Positions 1 through 8,426 of a DNA stretch of 64,000 nucleotides are shown here, piece after piece. Source of the stretch: an uncultured Gammaproteobacteria bacterium (GTDB taxonomy: Bacteria > Pseudomonadota > Gammaproteobacteria > Steroidobacterales > Rariloculaceae). Each line of letters starts with the position of its first letter. Position 1 is the stretch's first letter. A program made the translations under genes and the position numbers. The stretch is taken from assembly GCA_963805435.1 (NCBI GenBank), contig CAWDUG010000006.1:26681-90680 (forward strand), given 5' to 3'. The notes under the pieces were generated by a model, which had not been told where the DNA came from, did no database searches, and saw only the letters and a program-made list of their open reading frames with translations.

Positions 1-246
1 GCCGACGACTTCGCCCAGCAGGACGACCGCGTTGCGCTGCCGTTGCAGCAGCGAGCGGATGGGCCACGCGATGTCCGATGGCGGCAGGCCGGCCGTCGCC
101 ACCTGGTACAGCAGCGGTTGAAACAAATGATAGTTGTGACGATCGATGACCGTGACATCGCAGTCGCCGCGCGCGAGGCCTGCCGCAGCCGAAAGCCCGC
201 CGAAACCGGCGCCCACGATGACTACCTGCGGCCGCGCCGCCGTCAA
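1..246 (-). CDS. ndh: Type II NADH dehydrogenase (NDH-2), N-terminal part; the gene runs off the window start
   Basis: The reverse strand reads (TTG)TAARPQVVIVGAGFGGLSAAAGLARGDCDVTVIDRHNYHLFQPLLYQVATAGL, a GxGxxG Rossmann N-terminus typical of NDH-2. The TTG start at 246 overlaps the TGA of the upstream gene (TTGA). It is absent from the ORF track because it is truncated by the window edge. An alternative GTG start lies at 273. Confidence 0.7.
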   Translation of the reverse strand, partial: MTAARPQVVIVGAGFGGLSAAAGLARGDCDVTVIDRHNYHLFQPLLYQVATAGLPPSDIAWPIRSLLQRQRNAVVLLGEVVG

Positions 247-707
247 GCACTCACCACGTGCAGGCTCAGCCACTCCGCCACTAGCGCCGGTTTGTCTTCA
301 CCTTCGATCTCGACCGTGACGTCGACGCGCAGCTGTATCTGCCCGGGCTTGCGCTCCTCCACTGCACCGAGAACGCCGCGCGCGCGGATACGCTTGCCCA
401 CGCGCACGGGCGCGACGAAACGAATCTTGTCGAAACCGTAGTTCACGACGAGCTGACGGTTCTCGGGTTCCGGTATGAACGGCAGGCACAGGTGCACCAA
501 TAACGACAGCGTCAGGAAGCCGTGGGCGATGGTGGCCCCGAACGGCGTCGCGCGTGCGCGCACCGGATCGACATGGATGAACTGATGATCGAGCGTGACG
601 TCGGCGAAGGCGTTCACACGCTGCTGGTCGATATCGAACCAGTCCGAAACGCCGAGCTCCTTGCCCACGAGCGCTGCGAGCTGCTGACGGGTCACGGTAG
701 CGGTCAT
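243..707 (-). CDS. MaoC-like (R)-specific enoyl-CoA hydratase/dehydratase, 154 aa
   Basis: This is the C-terminal 154 aa of ORF 243..1784, starting at the ATG at 707: MTATVTRQQLAALVGKELGVSDWFDIDQQRVNAFADVTLDHQFIHVDP...TIAHGFLTLSL, a hot-dog fold MaoC pattern. The upstream part of the 513-aa ORF is an Arg/Ala-rich shadow of the MFS gene. Confidence 0.85.
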   Translation of the reverse strand: MTATVTRQQLAALVGKELGVSDWFDIDQQRVNAFADVTLDHQFIHVDPVRARATPFGATIAHGFLTLSLLVHLCLPFIPEPENRQLVVNYGFDKIRFVAPVRVGKRIRARGVLGAVEERKPGQIQLRVDVTVEIEGEDKPALVAEWLSLHVVSA

Positions 708-742
708 GGCGATGCGCTCCTTTGTTGCCGGCGCCGCGAATC

Positions 743-2029
743 CTAACTCACCGAGGGTTCGGCCGGTGCCGCGTGGGGTTTGCGGTAGCGCCAGAAGGCC
801 GGTAGGCCGGGCACGCATGCGGCCACGCAGCCGACGCAGAGCAATCCGCCCCACATGATCGAGCGGGCGAGACCGAACCGTTCCGCCGCGAAGCCCGCGC
901 GCGCGTTGCCGAGCAGCGGACCCGTCATATAGGAAAGCTGCTCGATGCCCGCCATGCGGCCGCGGAGCGTGGACGGAATCGTCTCGTTCCAGATCGTCGC
1001 GCGGAACAAAGCGCTGACCATGTCGGCAGCTCCCGCCGCGACGAGACACGCGACGGCGACGGGCAGCGACCGCGCGAAACCGAGTGCGACGATCGCGACG
1101 CCCCACAACATCGCCGCGATGATGACGGCGGCACCGTGCCGCTCGACGCGCCGCGTCCACGCGCTGAACACGGTGGTCAGCAGCGCCCCGACGCTCATCG
1201 CCGAGTACAGGTACCCCACCGCGTGCGCGCCGCCGAACTGTTCCGCGAGCGCTGGAAAGATAGCCGTCGGCATCGCGAAGGTCATCGCGACGATGTCGAC
1301 CGCGTACGTACCGAGCAGCTCCGACCGGCTCGCCGCATAGCGCAGACCTTCGAGAATCGTTTTGAGCCCCGCGGGTTGCGCGTGCTCGGCCGGCGGCATC
1401 GAGCGAATCGCGGCGATCGCCACGAGCGAGATCACGAACGTCGCCACCTCCACGATGTACGTAGCCGCTAGCCCGAACGCCGCGATGCATATGCCTGCGA
1501 GCGCGGGCCCCGCGATCGCGGCCGTCGTGCCGCGCAACGAGGTCAGCGCCGAGACCGCACGCAGCTCGTCGAACGCGACGAGCTTCTGCGTGATGGCCTC
1601 GAGCGCCGGACGATGAAAGCCGTTGACGGCCGACAGGAACGCCGCGGCGACGAAAATCACGGTCACGCTCGGATGCGGCAGCAGCGCGTTGACGACGAGC
1701 GCGAGCGAGCCGCAGGTCATCAGCGCTTCGGCGCGCAGCAGCAACGTGCGCCGGTCGAGCGCATCGGCGAATGCGCCGCCCCACAGCGCCGCGACGGCGA
1801 GCGGCACGAGCTGCGCAGTGCCAAGCAACCCAACGACCGCCGACGAGCCCGTCAGCTGATAGATCTGAACGGGTATCGCAACGTACGTGAAAAAGCTGCC
1901 GAACGCGCTGACGAGCTGGCCGATGAACACGAGCCGGAAATCGCGGTGCCTGCGGAGCGGCGAGAAATCGAGGAACACCCGGCTAACTCTTCTGCGCGAC
2001 GGTCGGCAGCAACGAGATCGCGTCGGCAA
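743..2029 (-). CDS. MFS transporter (EntS/YbdA-like)
   Basis: ORF 743..2029 reads ...FSPLRRHRDFRLVFIGQLVSAFGSFFTYVAIPVQIYQLTGS and contains multiple hydrophobic helices. The listed start is TTG at 2029. GTG at 1978 (VFLDFSPL...) is an equally plausible start and avoids overlap with the upstream fragment. Confidence 0.85.
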   Translation of the reverse strand: MPTRSRCCRPSRRRVSRVFLDFSPLRRHRDFRLVFIGQLVSAFGSFFTYVAIPVQIYQLTGSSAVVGLLGTAQLVPLAVAALWGGAFADALDRRTLLLRAEALMTCGSLALVVNALLPHPSVTVIFVAAAFLSAVNGFHRPALEAITQKLVAFDELRAVSALTSLRGTTAAIAGPALAGICIAAFGLAATYIVEVATFVISLVAIAAIRSMPPAEHAQPAGLKTILEGLRYAASRSELLGTYAVDIVAMTFAMPTAIFPALAEQFGGAHAVGYLYSAMSVGALLTTVFSAWTRRVERHGAAVIIAAMLWGVAIVALGFARSLPVAVACLVAAGAADMVSALFRATIWNETIPSTLRGRMAGIEQLSYMTGPLLGNARAGFAAERFGLARSIMWGGLLCVGCVAACVPGLPAFWRYRKPHAAPAEPSVS

Positions 2030-2177
2030 ACCGCGCGCTCGACTGCGGAAAAAATTCGTGGCTCACCCAGCCCGCCGCAACGCCGAGAACGAGGGCGACG
2101 ACGATGACCGCGGTCAGGTAACTGCCTCGGCCGGGGGCGGTCGCTGTCGCGGGTTCAAGTAGGTGGTCGGAGCCCAT
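1983..2177 (-). pseudogene. Possible 64-aa N-terminal remnant of a dicarboxylate/amino-acid:cation symporter (DctA/GltP-like)
   Basis: From the ATG at 2177 the sequence is MGSDHLL...SYLTAVIVVALVLGVAAGWVSHEFFPQSSARFADAISLLPTV, then a stop. It resembles the first helix and following loop of DAACS transporters (LGILLG....P......GD.F..LIKM). Nothing corresponding to the remaining ~380 aa follows. Confidence 0.3.
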
Positions 2178-2399
2178 CTCACGGTGCGGGAATGCAGACG
2201 ACGCCGGATCATAACAGCGGCCACGACCGTCTGCGCCCGCTGCATGGACCGCTGACACCGTGGTGGCCCACCCTCTCGTGCCGCGATCGCGCGCCCGCTT
2301 CATACCGTCGCCCAGGCGACATGCGAAGTTGCGTTTTGGGCCGGTGCGTGGCGCAATAGCGCCCCCGCGCGAGCGCCGCGACCCACTTAGCCACACACC

Positions 2400-3741
2400 G
2401 TGCCCCGAGCCGCCACCAAAACCAAAGCGCCGAAAGTCGGCTTCGTGAGCTTAGGCTGCCCGAAGGCGCTCGTTGATTCGGAGCGAATCCTGTCGCAACT
2501 GCGCGCCGAGGGCTACGAGACGGCGGCCGACTACGCCGGCGCCGACGTCGTCGTCGTGAACACGTGCGGCTTCCTCGACAGCGCGCGCGCCGAGTCGCTC
2601 GACGCGATCGGCGAAGCGCTGGCGGAAAACGGCCGCGTGATCGTGACAGGCTGCCTCGGCGCTGAAGCGAAGACGATCCGCGACGTGCATCCGAACGTGC
2701 TGGCGATCACCGGGCCGCACCAGTACGAGGCGGTGGTCAGCGCCGTGCACGACGCCGTGCCCGCGCCGCACGATCCGTTCGTGAACCTCGTGCCGCCACA
2801 GGGCGTAAAGCTCACACCGCGGCACTACGCGTATTTGAAGATCTCGGAGGGCTGCAACCACCGCTGCAGCTTCTGCATCATCCCGCGCCTGCGCGGCGAC
2901 CTCGTGAGCCGGCCCGCCGCCGACGTGCTCGGCGAAGCCGAGCGGCTCGTGCGCGCCGGTGTTCGCGAGCTGCTCGTGATCTCGCAAGACACGAGCGCGT
3001 ATGGCGTCGACGTGAAATACAAGGAGTCGGAGTGGCGCGGCCGCAGCGTGCCGGCTCGCATCACCGATCTCGCCGCGGCGCTCGGCGAGCTTGGCGCGTG
3101 GGTGCGGCTGCACTATGTGTATCCCTATCCGCACGTCGATCAACTGATTCCGCTGATGGCGGAAGGCAAGGTGCTGCCGTATCTCGACGTGCCGTTCCAG
3201 CACGCGAGCCCGAAAATACTCAAAGCCATGAAACGACCCGCGGCCGAAGCGAAAACGCTTGCAACGAATCCGCGACTGGCGCACGGCCGTACCGGAGCTC
3301 ACGATCCGCTCGACGTTCATCGTCGGTTTCCCCGGCGAAACCGAACAGGATTTCAAGCTGTTGCTCGACTGGCTCGAGGAAGCGGAGCTCGACCGCGTCG
3401 GCTGCTTCCGCTACGAACCCGTACAGGACGCGGCTGCAAACGCGCTGCCGAACGCCGTGCCGGAGGAAGTCAAAGAGGAACGCTGGCACCGCTTCATGGC
3501 TGCGCAGCAGAAAATCAGCGCGCGGCGCCTGCAGCAGCGAGTTGGCAAGGACATCGCCGTGATCGTCGACGAGCTCGACGGCGAACAGGCGCTCGGCCGG
3601 TCGATGGCCGATGCACCGGAGATCGACGGCCGCGTCTATCTGCCCGCGGGCAAAGGCGCGAAGAAGCTCAAGGCCGGCGACGTCATCACGGCGCGCGTGA
3701 CCGAAGCCGACGAGTACGACCTCTGGGCCGAGCCCACCTAG
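2400..3741 (+). pseudogene. rimO: Ribosomal protein S12 methylthiotransferase RimO, one frame break near 3261
   Basis: ORF 2400.. (GTG start) carries the radical-SAM motif ([17 protein letters not shown]...[13 protein letters not shown]) up to ...[13 protein letters not shown] 3259..3741 continues in the next frame with [31 protein letters not shown]...TRAM-domain. The junction cttgCaacgaatc looks like one extra base. Confidence 0.9.
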
Positions 3742-3871
3742 CCGCTCCACCGTAGCGCAACCCGCCGCCCCGCCTGCCAGATCGTGGTGCAGCGCGAGCT
3801 GCGGAACCGCGCCGCTGCGTGTGCGCACGCTTCTTGCAGTCCGCCAGCACCGAACGACGCGGCGACCCGGT

Positions 3872-4489
3872 GTGAGCCAGAAACCTCTGCGCATATTGAT
3901 CATCGACGAGAACGCGGTCCGCGCCGCGATTCTCGAAGAGGGTCTGCGCGACTGCGTTGCGCCCCCGCCCCTGGTCGTGCACAAGATCGGGCACGAGGCC
4001 GCGGACCTGCTGCCGCGAATCGCGGCCATCGATCCCGACGTGATCCTGATCGATCTCGAGAACCCCAGCCGGGACACGCTCGAGCAGATGTTCCAGGTAT
4101 CGCGCCTGGCAAAGCGGCCGATCGCGATGTTCGTGGATCAATCCGACAGAGCCACCGTGGATGCCGCGATCGACGCCGGCGTGTCGGCTTACGTCGTCGA
4201 CGGCCTGCGCCGCGAGCGAGTGAAATCCATTCTCGACCTCACGATCAGCCGATTTCGCGCCTTCGACCGCCTGCAGCGAGAGCTGAACGACGCCAAGTCC
4301 GCTCTCGAGGACCGCAAGGTGCTCGAGCAAGCGAAAACCATCGTGATGAAGCAGAAAGGCATCGACGAACAGAGTGCATACGCATTGCTGCGCCGCACTG
4401 CCATGAACCAGAACCGCAAAATCGCCGACCTCGCGCGTGCGCTGGTGGCGGCAGCCGCGCTGCTCGGCGCCGGAGACACCGATGGCTAA
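3872..4489 (+). CDS. nasT: ANTAR-domain response regulator NasT (nitrate/nitrite antiterminator)
   Basis: The receiver domain begins LRILIIDENAVRAAILEEGL. The C-terminal ANTAR domain reads LEDRKVLEQAKTIVMKQKGIDEQSAYALLRRTAMNQNRKIADLARAL. I prefer the GTG start at 3872. The ORF track starts at GTG 3821. Confidence 0.85.
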   Translation: MSQKPLRILIIDENAVRAAILEEGLRDCVAPPPLVVHKIGHEAADLLPRIAAIDPDVILIDLENPSRDTLEQMFQVSRLAKRPIAMFVDQSDRATVDAAIDAGVSAYVVDGLRRERVKSILDLTISRFRAFDRLQRELNDAKSALEDRKVLEQAKTIVMKQKGIDEQSAYALLRRTAMNQNRKIADLARALVAAAALLGAGDTDG

Positions 4490-5645
4490 GCGCATCGTCG
4501 CGGGATTCGTGCCACTCGTCGACAGCGCCGTGCTGATCGTGGCGCGCGAGCTCGGCTTTGCCAGGGAGCACGGCATCGAGCTCGAGTTGAAGAAAGAGCC
4601 CTCGTGGGCCAGCCTCCGCGATCACCTGAACTTGGGCTATCTCGACTGTGCGCACGCGCTCGCACCGTTGCCGATTGCCTCGGCCATCGGTGCGGGCCAG
4701 GTGCGCGTCGAATGCGCGGTGCCGTTCGTGCTCGGACGCGGCGGCAACGCGATCACGCTCGCCACGCAGCTGTTCGACGAAATGTGCTGGGCGGCCGGCG
4801 AGAAGCTCGCGGCGGAACCGAGCGCGACGGGCGCCGCGCTCGCCCGCGTCGTCCACAAGCGCCGCGAGCCGCTGACACTCGGTATGGTGTTTCCGTTCTC
4901 GACACACAACTTCGATCTGCGTCTCTGGCTGGCGGCGGCCGGCATTCATCCCGACCAGGATGTGCGGCTCGTCGCGATCCCACCCCCGCTGATGGTCGAG
5001 AGCCTGCGTGCGGGTCACGTCGACGGCTTCTGCGTCGGTGAGCCCTGGAACAGCGTCGCGGTCGCGCAGAGACTCGGCCGGATCGTCGCGACGAAATCGC
5101 AGATTCTGCCGCGCAGCGTGGAAAAAGTACTGGCCGTGCCGCCTGCCATCGCGGACGATGCCACCACGCTCGGCCCACTGCTACGTGCGCTCGCCGGGGC
5201 CGCCGCTTGGGCCGACGAACGCGCGAACGCCGCGGAGCTGGCGCACTTGCTCGCGCAACCGACGTACCTTGGCGTCCCGGCCGAGCTGATCGAGGACGCC
5301 CTGCTCGGCGGCCTGGCGATCGGTGGCGACCAGCGCCTCGACGATCCGGATTTCCTGTTCTTTCATCGGTACGAGGCCAACGCGCCGCAGGCCAGCGAAG
5401 CGCTGTGGCTGTACGCGCAGATGGTTCGCTGGGGACAGGTCCCCGCACGCACCGGCAGCCGCGAAACCGCGGCACGGATCTTCCGTCGGGATCTGTTCGA
5501 GCTACACCTGGGCGAGGGCTCCGCGAGCTCGGTGCCGCAGCCGTTCGACGAGGTGCACTTCGATCCTGGCGACGTGGACGCGTACCTGGAACAGCTGTCG
5601 ATTCACACGCCGTTCGTCGCAGCGACGCGTGCGGCCGACGGCTGA
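4482..5645 (+). CDS. nasS: NasS, cytoplasmic NrtA-like nitrate/nitrite sensor partner of NasT
   Basis: From the ATG at 4482 the protein reads MAKRIVAGFVPLVDSAVLIVARELGFAREHGIELELKKEPSWASLRDHL. It is NrtA/SsuA-like and has no signal peptide. It overlaps the nasT stop by 8 nt (ATGGCTAA). Confidence 0.85.
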   Translation: MAKRIVAGFVPLVDSAVLIVARELGFAREHGIELELKKEPSWASLRDHLNLGYLDCAHALAPLPIASAIGAGQVRVECAVPFVLGRGGNAITLATQLFDEMCWAAGEKLAAEPSATGAALARVVHKRREPLTLGMVFPFSTHNFDLRLWLAAAGIHPDQDVRLVAIPPPLMVESLRAGHVDGFCVGEPWNSVAVAQRLGRIVATKSQILPRSVEKVLAVPPAIADDATTLGPLLRALAGAAAWADERANAAELAHLLAQPTYLGVPAELIEDALLGGLAIGGDQRLDDPDFLFFHRYEANAPQASEALWLYAQMVRWGQVPARTGSRETAARIFRRDLFELHLGEGSASSVPQPFDEVHFDPGDVDAYLEQLSIHTPFVAATRAADG

Positions 5646-5781
5646 AGCCGCACCACTTCGTATCACGCTTCGACGGTGTCTGCGCCATCATGAAGCAAGC
5701 CACGACCGCGCTCGCAGAGGTCGAGCGCCACAGACCCGCATAGCGCCGCGTTTTCAGACGGTTCCGTGCCACGCAGGAGAT

Positions 5782-5797
5782 TGGCACGACATTTGTA
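5782..5797 (+). promoter_or_regulatory. Candidate sigma54 (-24/-12) promoter of the nas operon
   Basis: TGGCACgacatTTGTa compares with the consensus TGGCAC-N5-TTGCW. The -12 element is GT rather than GC. It lies about 155 nt upstream of the nrtA ATG, immediately before the ANTAR leader. Confidence 0.5.
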
Positions 5798-5842
5798 TTC
5801 TCCTAGCTGAGAACGTCGAGCATGCAGTGCCCGACGCAGCGG

Positions 5843-5883
5843 ACCCAACGACGGGTACCGCGCCCCCCGCAGCAACGCCGCTG
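5843..5883 (+). promoter_or_regulatory. ANTAR (NasT) target: two short hairpins with hexaloops
   Basis: P1 is ACCC-AACGAC-GGGT (5843-5856). P2 is CAGC-AACGCC-GCTG (5870-5883). Both hexaloops have A at position 1 and G at position 4, as in the ANTAR dual-hairpin motif. The 3' half of P2 is shared with the 5' arm of the downstream terminator. Confidence 0.6.
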
Positions 5884-5923
5884 TAGCACTTCGAAGACCG
5901 AAGCGCGCAGCGGCGTTTTTTTT
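5875..5923 (+). terminator. Intrinsic terminator in the nrtA leader (antitermination target)
   Basis: The stem ACGCCGCTG (5875-5883) pairs with CAGCGGCGT (5908-5916). There is an inner CTTCG/CGAAG helix, and a run of 8 T follows (5916-5923). It lies 30 nt upstream of the nrtA RBS GGAGGA. Confidence 0.7.
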
Positions 5924-5952
5924 CGCCCGAATTTCGCACGGAGGACGACTGA

Positions 5953-7311
5953 ATGTGGACCACTAAGATAGCTCGGCTCGCCGCGACAGCTGCGGCCCTG
6001 CTCGGCACTGGCCACGCCCTTGCCGACACGCTTCCGCTCGAGAAAGACGAGCTCACGCTCGGTTTCATCAAGCTCACCGACATGGCGCCGCTCGCGGTCG
6101 CGTACGAGCTCGGCTACTTCGAGGACGAAGGGCTGTTCGTCACGCTCGAGCCCCAGGCGAACTGGAAGGTGTTGCTCGACCGCGTGCTGACGGGCGAGCT
6201 CGATGGCGCGCACATGCTGGCCGGTCAGCCGCTCGGCGCCTCGATCGGCATCGGCACCTCGGGCCAGGTGGTGACCGCATTCTCGATGGACTTGAACGGC
6301 AACGGCATCACCGTCGCCAAAGAGGTCTGGGAGAAGATGAAGGCGCACGTGCCGAAGGGACCGGACGGCAAACCGGTGCATCCGATCCGCGCCGACGCGC
6401 TGAAGCCGGTCGTCGACGCGTACCGCGCCGCCGGCAAGCCGTTCAACATGGGCATGGTCTTCCCCGTGTCCACGCACAACTACGAGCTGCGCTACTGGCT
6501 CGCGGCTGGCGGCATCAATCCCGGGTTGTATTCCGCGGCCGACGTGACGGGTCAAACGGGCGCCGAGGTACTTCTGTCTGTAACCCCGCCGCCGCAAATG
6601 CCGGCCACGCTCGAGGCGGGCACGATCTACGGCTACTGCGTCGGCGAGCCCTGGAACCAGCAAGCCGTGATCAAGGGCATCGGCGTGCCGGTCGTCACCG
6701 ACTACGAGATCTGGAAGAACAACCCCGAGAAGGTGTTCGGGGTGACGGAAGAATGGGCGCGCAAGTATCCGAACACGCACCTTGCGCTCATCAAGGCGTT
6801 GATTCGCGCCGCGATCTGGCTCGACGCCGACGACAACGCTAACCGCGCGAAGGCCGTGGAGATTCTCGCGAGACCGGAGTACGTCGGCGCCGACAAGCAG
6901 GTCCTTGCGAACTCGATGACGGGAACGTTCGAGTACGAGCGCGGCGACAAGCGCTCGGTGCCGGACTTCAACGTGTTCTTCCGCTACAACGCCACCTACC
7001 CGTTCTACTCCGACGCGATCTGGTACCTGACGCAGATGCGCCGCTGGGGCCAGATCGGCGAGGCGAAACCTGATCAGTGGTACGCCGACACGGCGAAGCG
7101 CGTGTATCGACCGGACATCTATCTGCAGGCCGCGAAGCTGCTGGTTGCGGAAGGTCGAGCTCGCGAGCAGGACTTCCCCTGGACCAGCGACGGGTACCAC
7201 GCGCCGCAGACCGAATTCATCGACGGCATCGTGTACGACGGCCACAAGCCGAACGCGTATCTCGCAAGCTTCGCGATCGGCCTCCAGGGCAAGACCACCC
7301 GCGCGCACTGA
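5953..7311 (+). CDS. nrtA: Nitrate ABC transporter substrate-binding protein NrtA
   Basis: ORF 5953..7311 has a signal peptide ([24 protein letters not shown]), then [29 protein letters not shown]...[13 protein letters not shown], which is NrtA/CmpA-like. The RBS GGAGGA is at 5940. Confidence 0.9.
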   Translation: MWTTKIARLAATAAALLGTGHALADTLPLEKDELTLGFIKLTDMAPLAVAYELGYFEDEGLFVTLEPQANWKVLLDRVLTGELDGAHMLAGQPLGASIGIGTSGQVVTAFSMDLNGNGITVAKEVWEKMKAHVPKGPDGKPVHPIRADALKPVVDAYRAAGKPFNMGMVFPVSTHNYELRYWLAAGGINPGLYSAADVTGQTGAEVLLSVTPPPQMPATLEAGTIYGYCVGEPWNQQAVIKGIGVPVVTDYEIWKNNPEKVFGVTEEWARKYPNTHLALIKALIRAAIWLDADDNANRAKAVEILARPEYVGADKQVLANSMTGTFEYERGDKRSVPDFNVFFRYNATYPFYSDAIWYLTQMRRWGQIGEAKPDQWYADTAKRVYRPDIYLQAAKLLVAEGRAREQDFPWTSDGYHAPQTEFIDGIVYDGHKPNAYLASFAIGLQGKTTRAH

Positions 7312-7330
7312 CGCTACGAGGGAGAGAGCC

Positions 7331-8426
7331 ATGACGACCCCCGCCAACGTTGTCGAAGTCGCCGCGCGGCGCCAGGCGCCGAAGCGCGCCCACCGGCTGC
7401 AACGCATGCTGACCCGCTCGAGCGGTCACCTCGCGCTCGTCGGCCTGGGCTGGCTCGTGCCGCTGATCAAGCTCGCGATGGGCGACGAGCCGCGCCGCCA
7501 GCTCACCGAGCTGTGGCAGGAGCTCGTCGTGCCGCTGCTCGCGCTCGGCGTCATGCTGCTCGCGTGGGCCGCGGTCGCGCCGCGCATCGAGACCAGCCTC
7601 GGCACGGTTCCCACGCCCGGGGCCGTGTGGGGCGAGGCGCGCAACCTCGTGACCGAGTACTACGCCGAGCGTGAGCGGCGCGAAGAGTTCTACGCGCGCC
7701 AACGCGAGCGCAACGTAACGCGCCTCGCGGACAACCCGGACGCCGACGTGCGCATCCGCCAGTACACCGGCAAGCCTACGTTCCTCGATCAGATCTTTAC
7801 GAGCCTGCGCACGGTGTTCGCCGGGTTCGTGCTTGCGACGTTGATCGCCGTGCCTGTCGGCGTGCTGGCCGGCCTCTCGAAAACCGTCAACGCCGCTGTG
7901 AACCCCCTCGTCCAGCTGTTCAAGCCCGTGTCCCCGCTCGCCTGGCTGCCGATCGTGACCATGGTTGTCAGCGCGCTGTACGTGAGCTCGGACCCGTGGT
8001 TCGCCGAAGTCGTTCGTGAACTCGGCGATCACAGTAACGCTGTGCTCACTGTGGCCCGCATTGATCAACACCACGCTCGGCGTCGCGAGCATAGATCGCG
8101 ACCTGATGAACGTGGGCCGCGTGCTGCAGCTCGGCTGGTTCGCACGCGTCACGAAGATCGTGCTGCCGTCGGCGTTGCCGCTGATCTTCACGGGCCTCCG
8201 GCTTTCGCTCGGCGTGGGCTGGATGGTGCTGATCGCGGCCGAGATGCTCGCGCAGAACCCGGGGCTCGGCAAATTCGTGTGGGACGAGTTCCAGAACGGG
8301 TCGGCGAGCTCGCTCGCACGGATCCTGGTGGCGGTGTTCACGATCGGCATCATCGGCTTCCTGCTCGATCGCGTGATGTTGGCGCTGCAGACCGCGTTCA
8401 CGCACGGCAACGCGCTGGCACCATGA
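7331..8426 (+). pseudogene. nrtB: Nitrate ABC transporter permease NrtB, one frame break near 8006
   Basis: From the ATG at 7331 (inside ORF 7145..9028) the sequence reads through ...[29 protein letters not shown]. It continues in ORF 8016..8426 as [29 protein letters not shown]...[14 protein letters not shown]. The junction gccGaagtcg looks like one extra base. Confidence 0.9.

Noticed and set aside
243-1784. Long ORFs in the track that overlap real genes on the opposite strand or in other frames. Examples are the 513-aa ORF 243..1784 (beyond its last 154 aa), 5803..7407, 8943..10283, 11372..12766, the first ~540 aa of 12247..14250, 4753..5787, 19044..19970, 19757..20902, 53229..54188, 54364..55260, 55587..56828, 58727..59689 and 60579..61583.
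   Set aside because: Their translations are Arg/Ala/Gly/Pro-rich low-complexity strings with no family resemblance. This is typical of shadow ORFs in very GC-rich DNA. In every case another frame or strand carries a clearly conserved protein.
5646-5781. NtrC (TGCACC-N5-GGTGCA-like) enhancer sites upstream of the candidate sigma54 promoter.
   Set aside because: There are only loose half-site resemblances (GCACCAC at about 5651, GGTGTC at about 5675). No convincing dyad is present, so nitrogen control via NtrC remains an inference from the promoter type alone.
5766-5787. The hairpin GTGCCA-cgcaggagat-TGGCAC as a third leader structure.
   Set aside because: Its 3' arm is the -24 element of the sigma54-type promoter, so it would lie upstream of the transcription start and not in the RNA leader.
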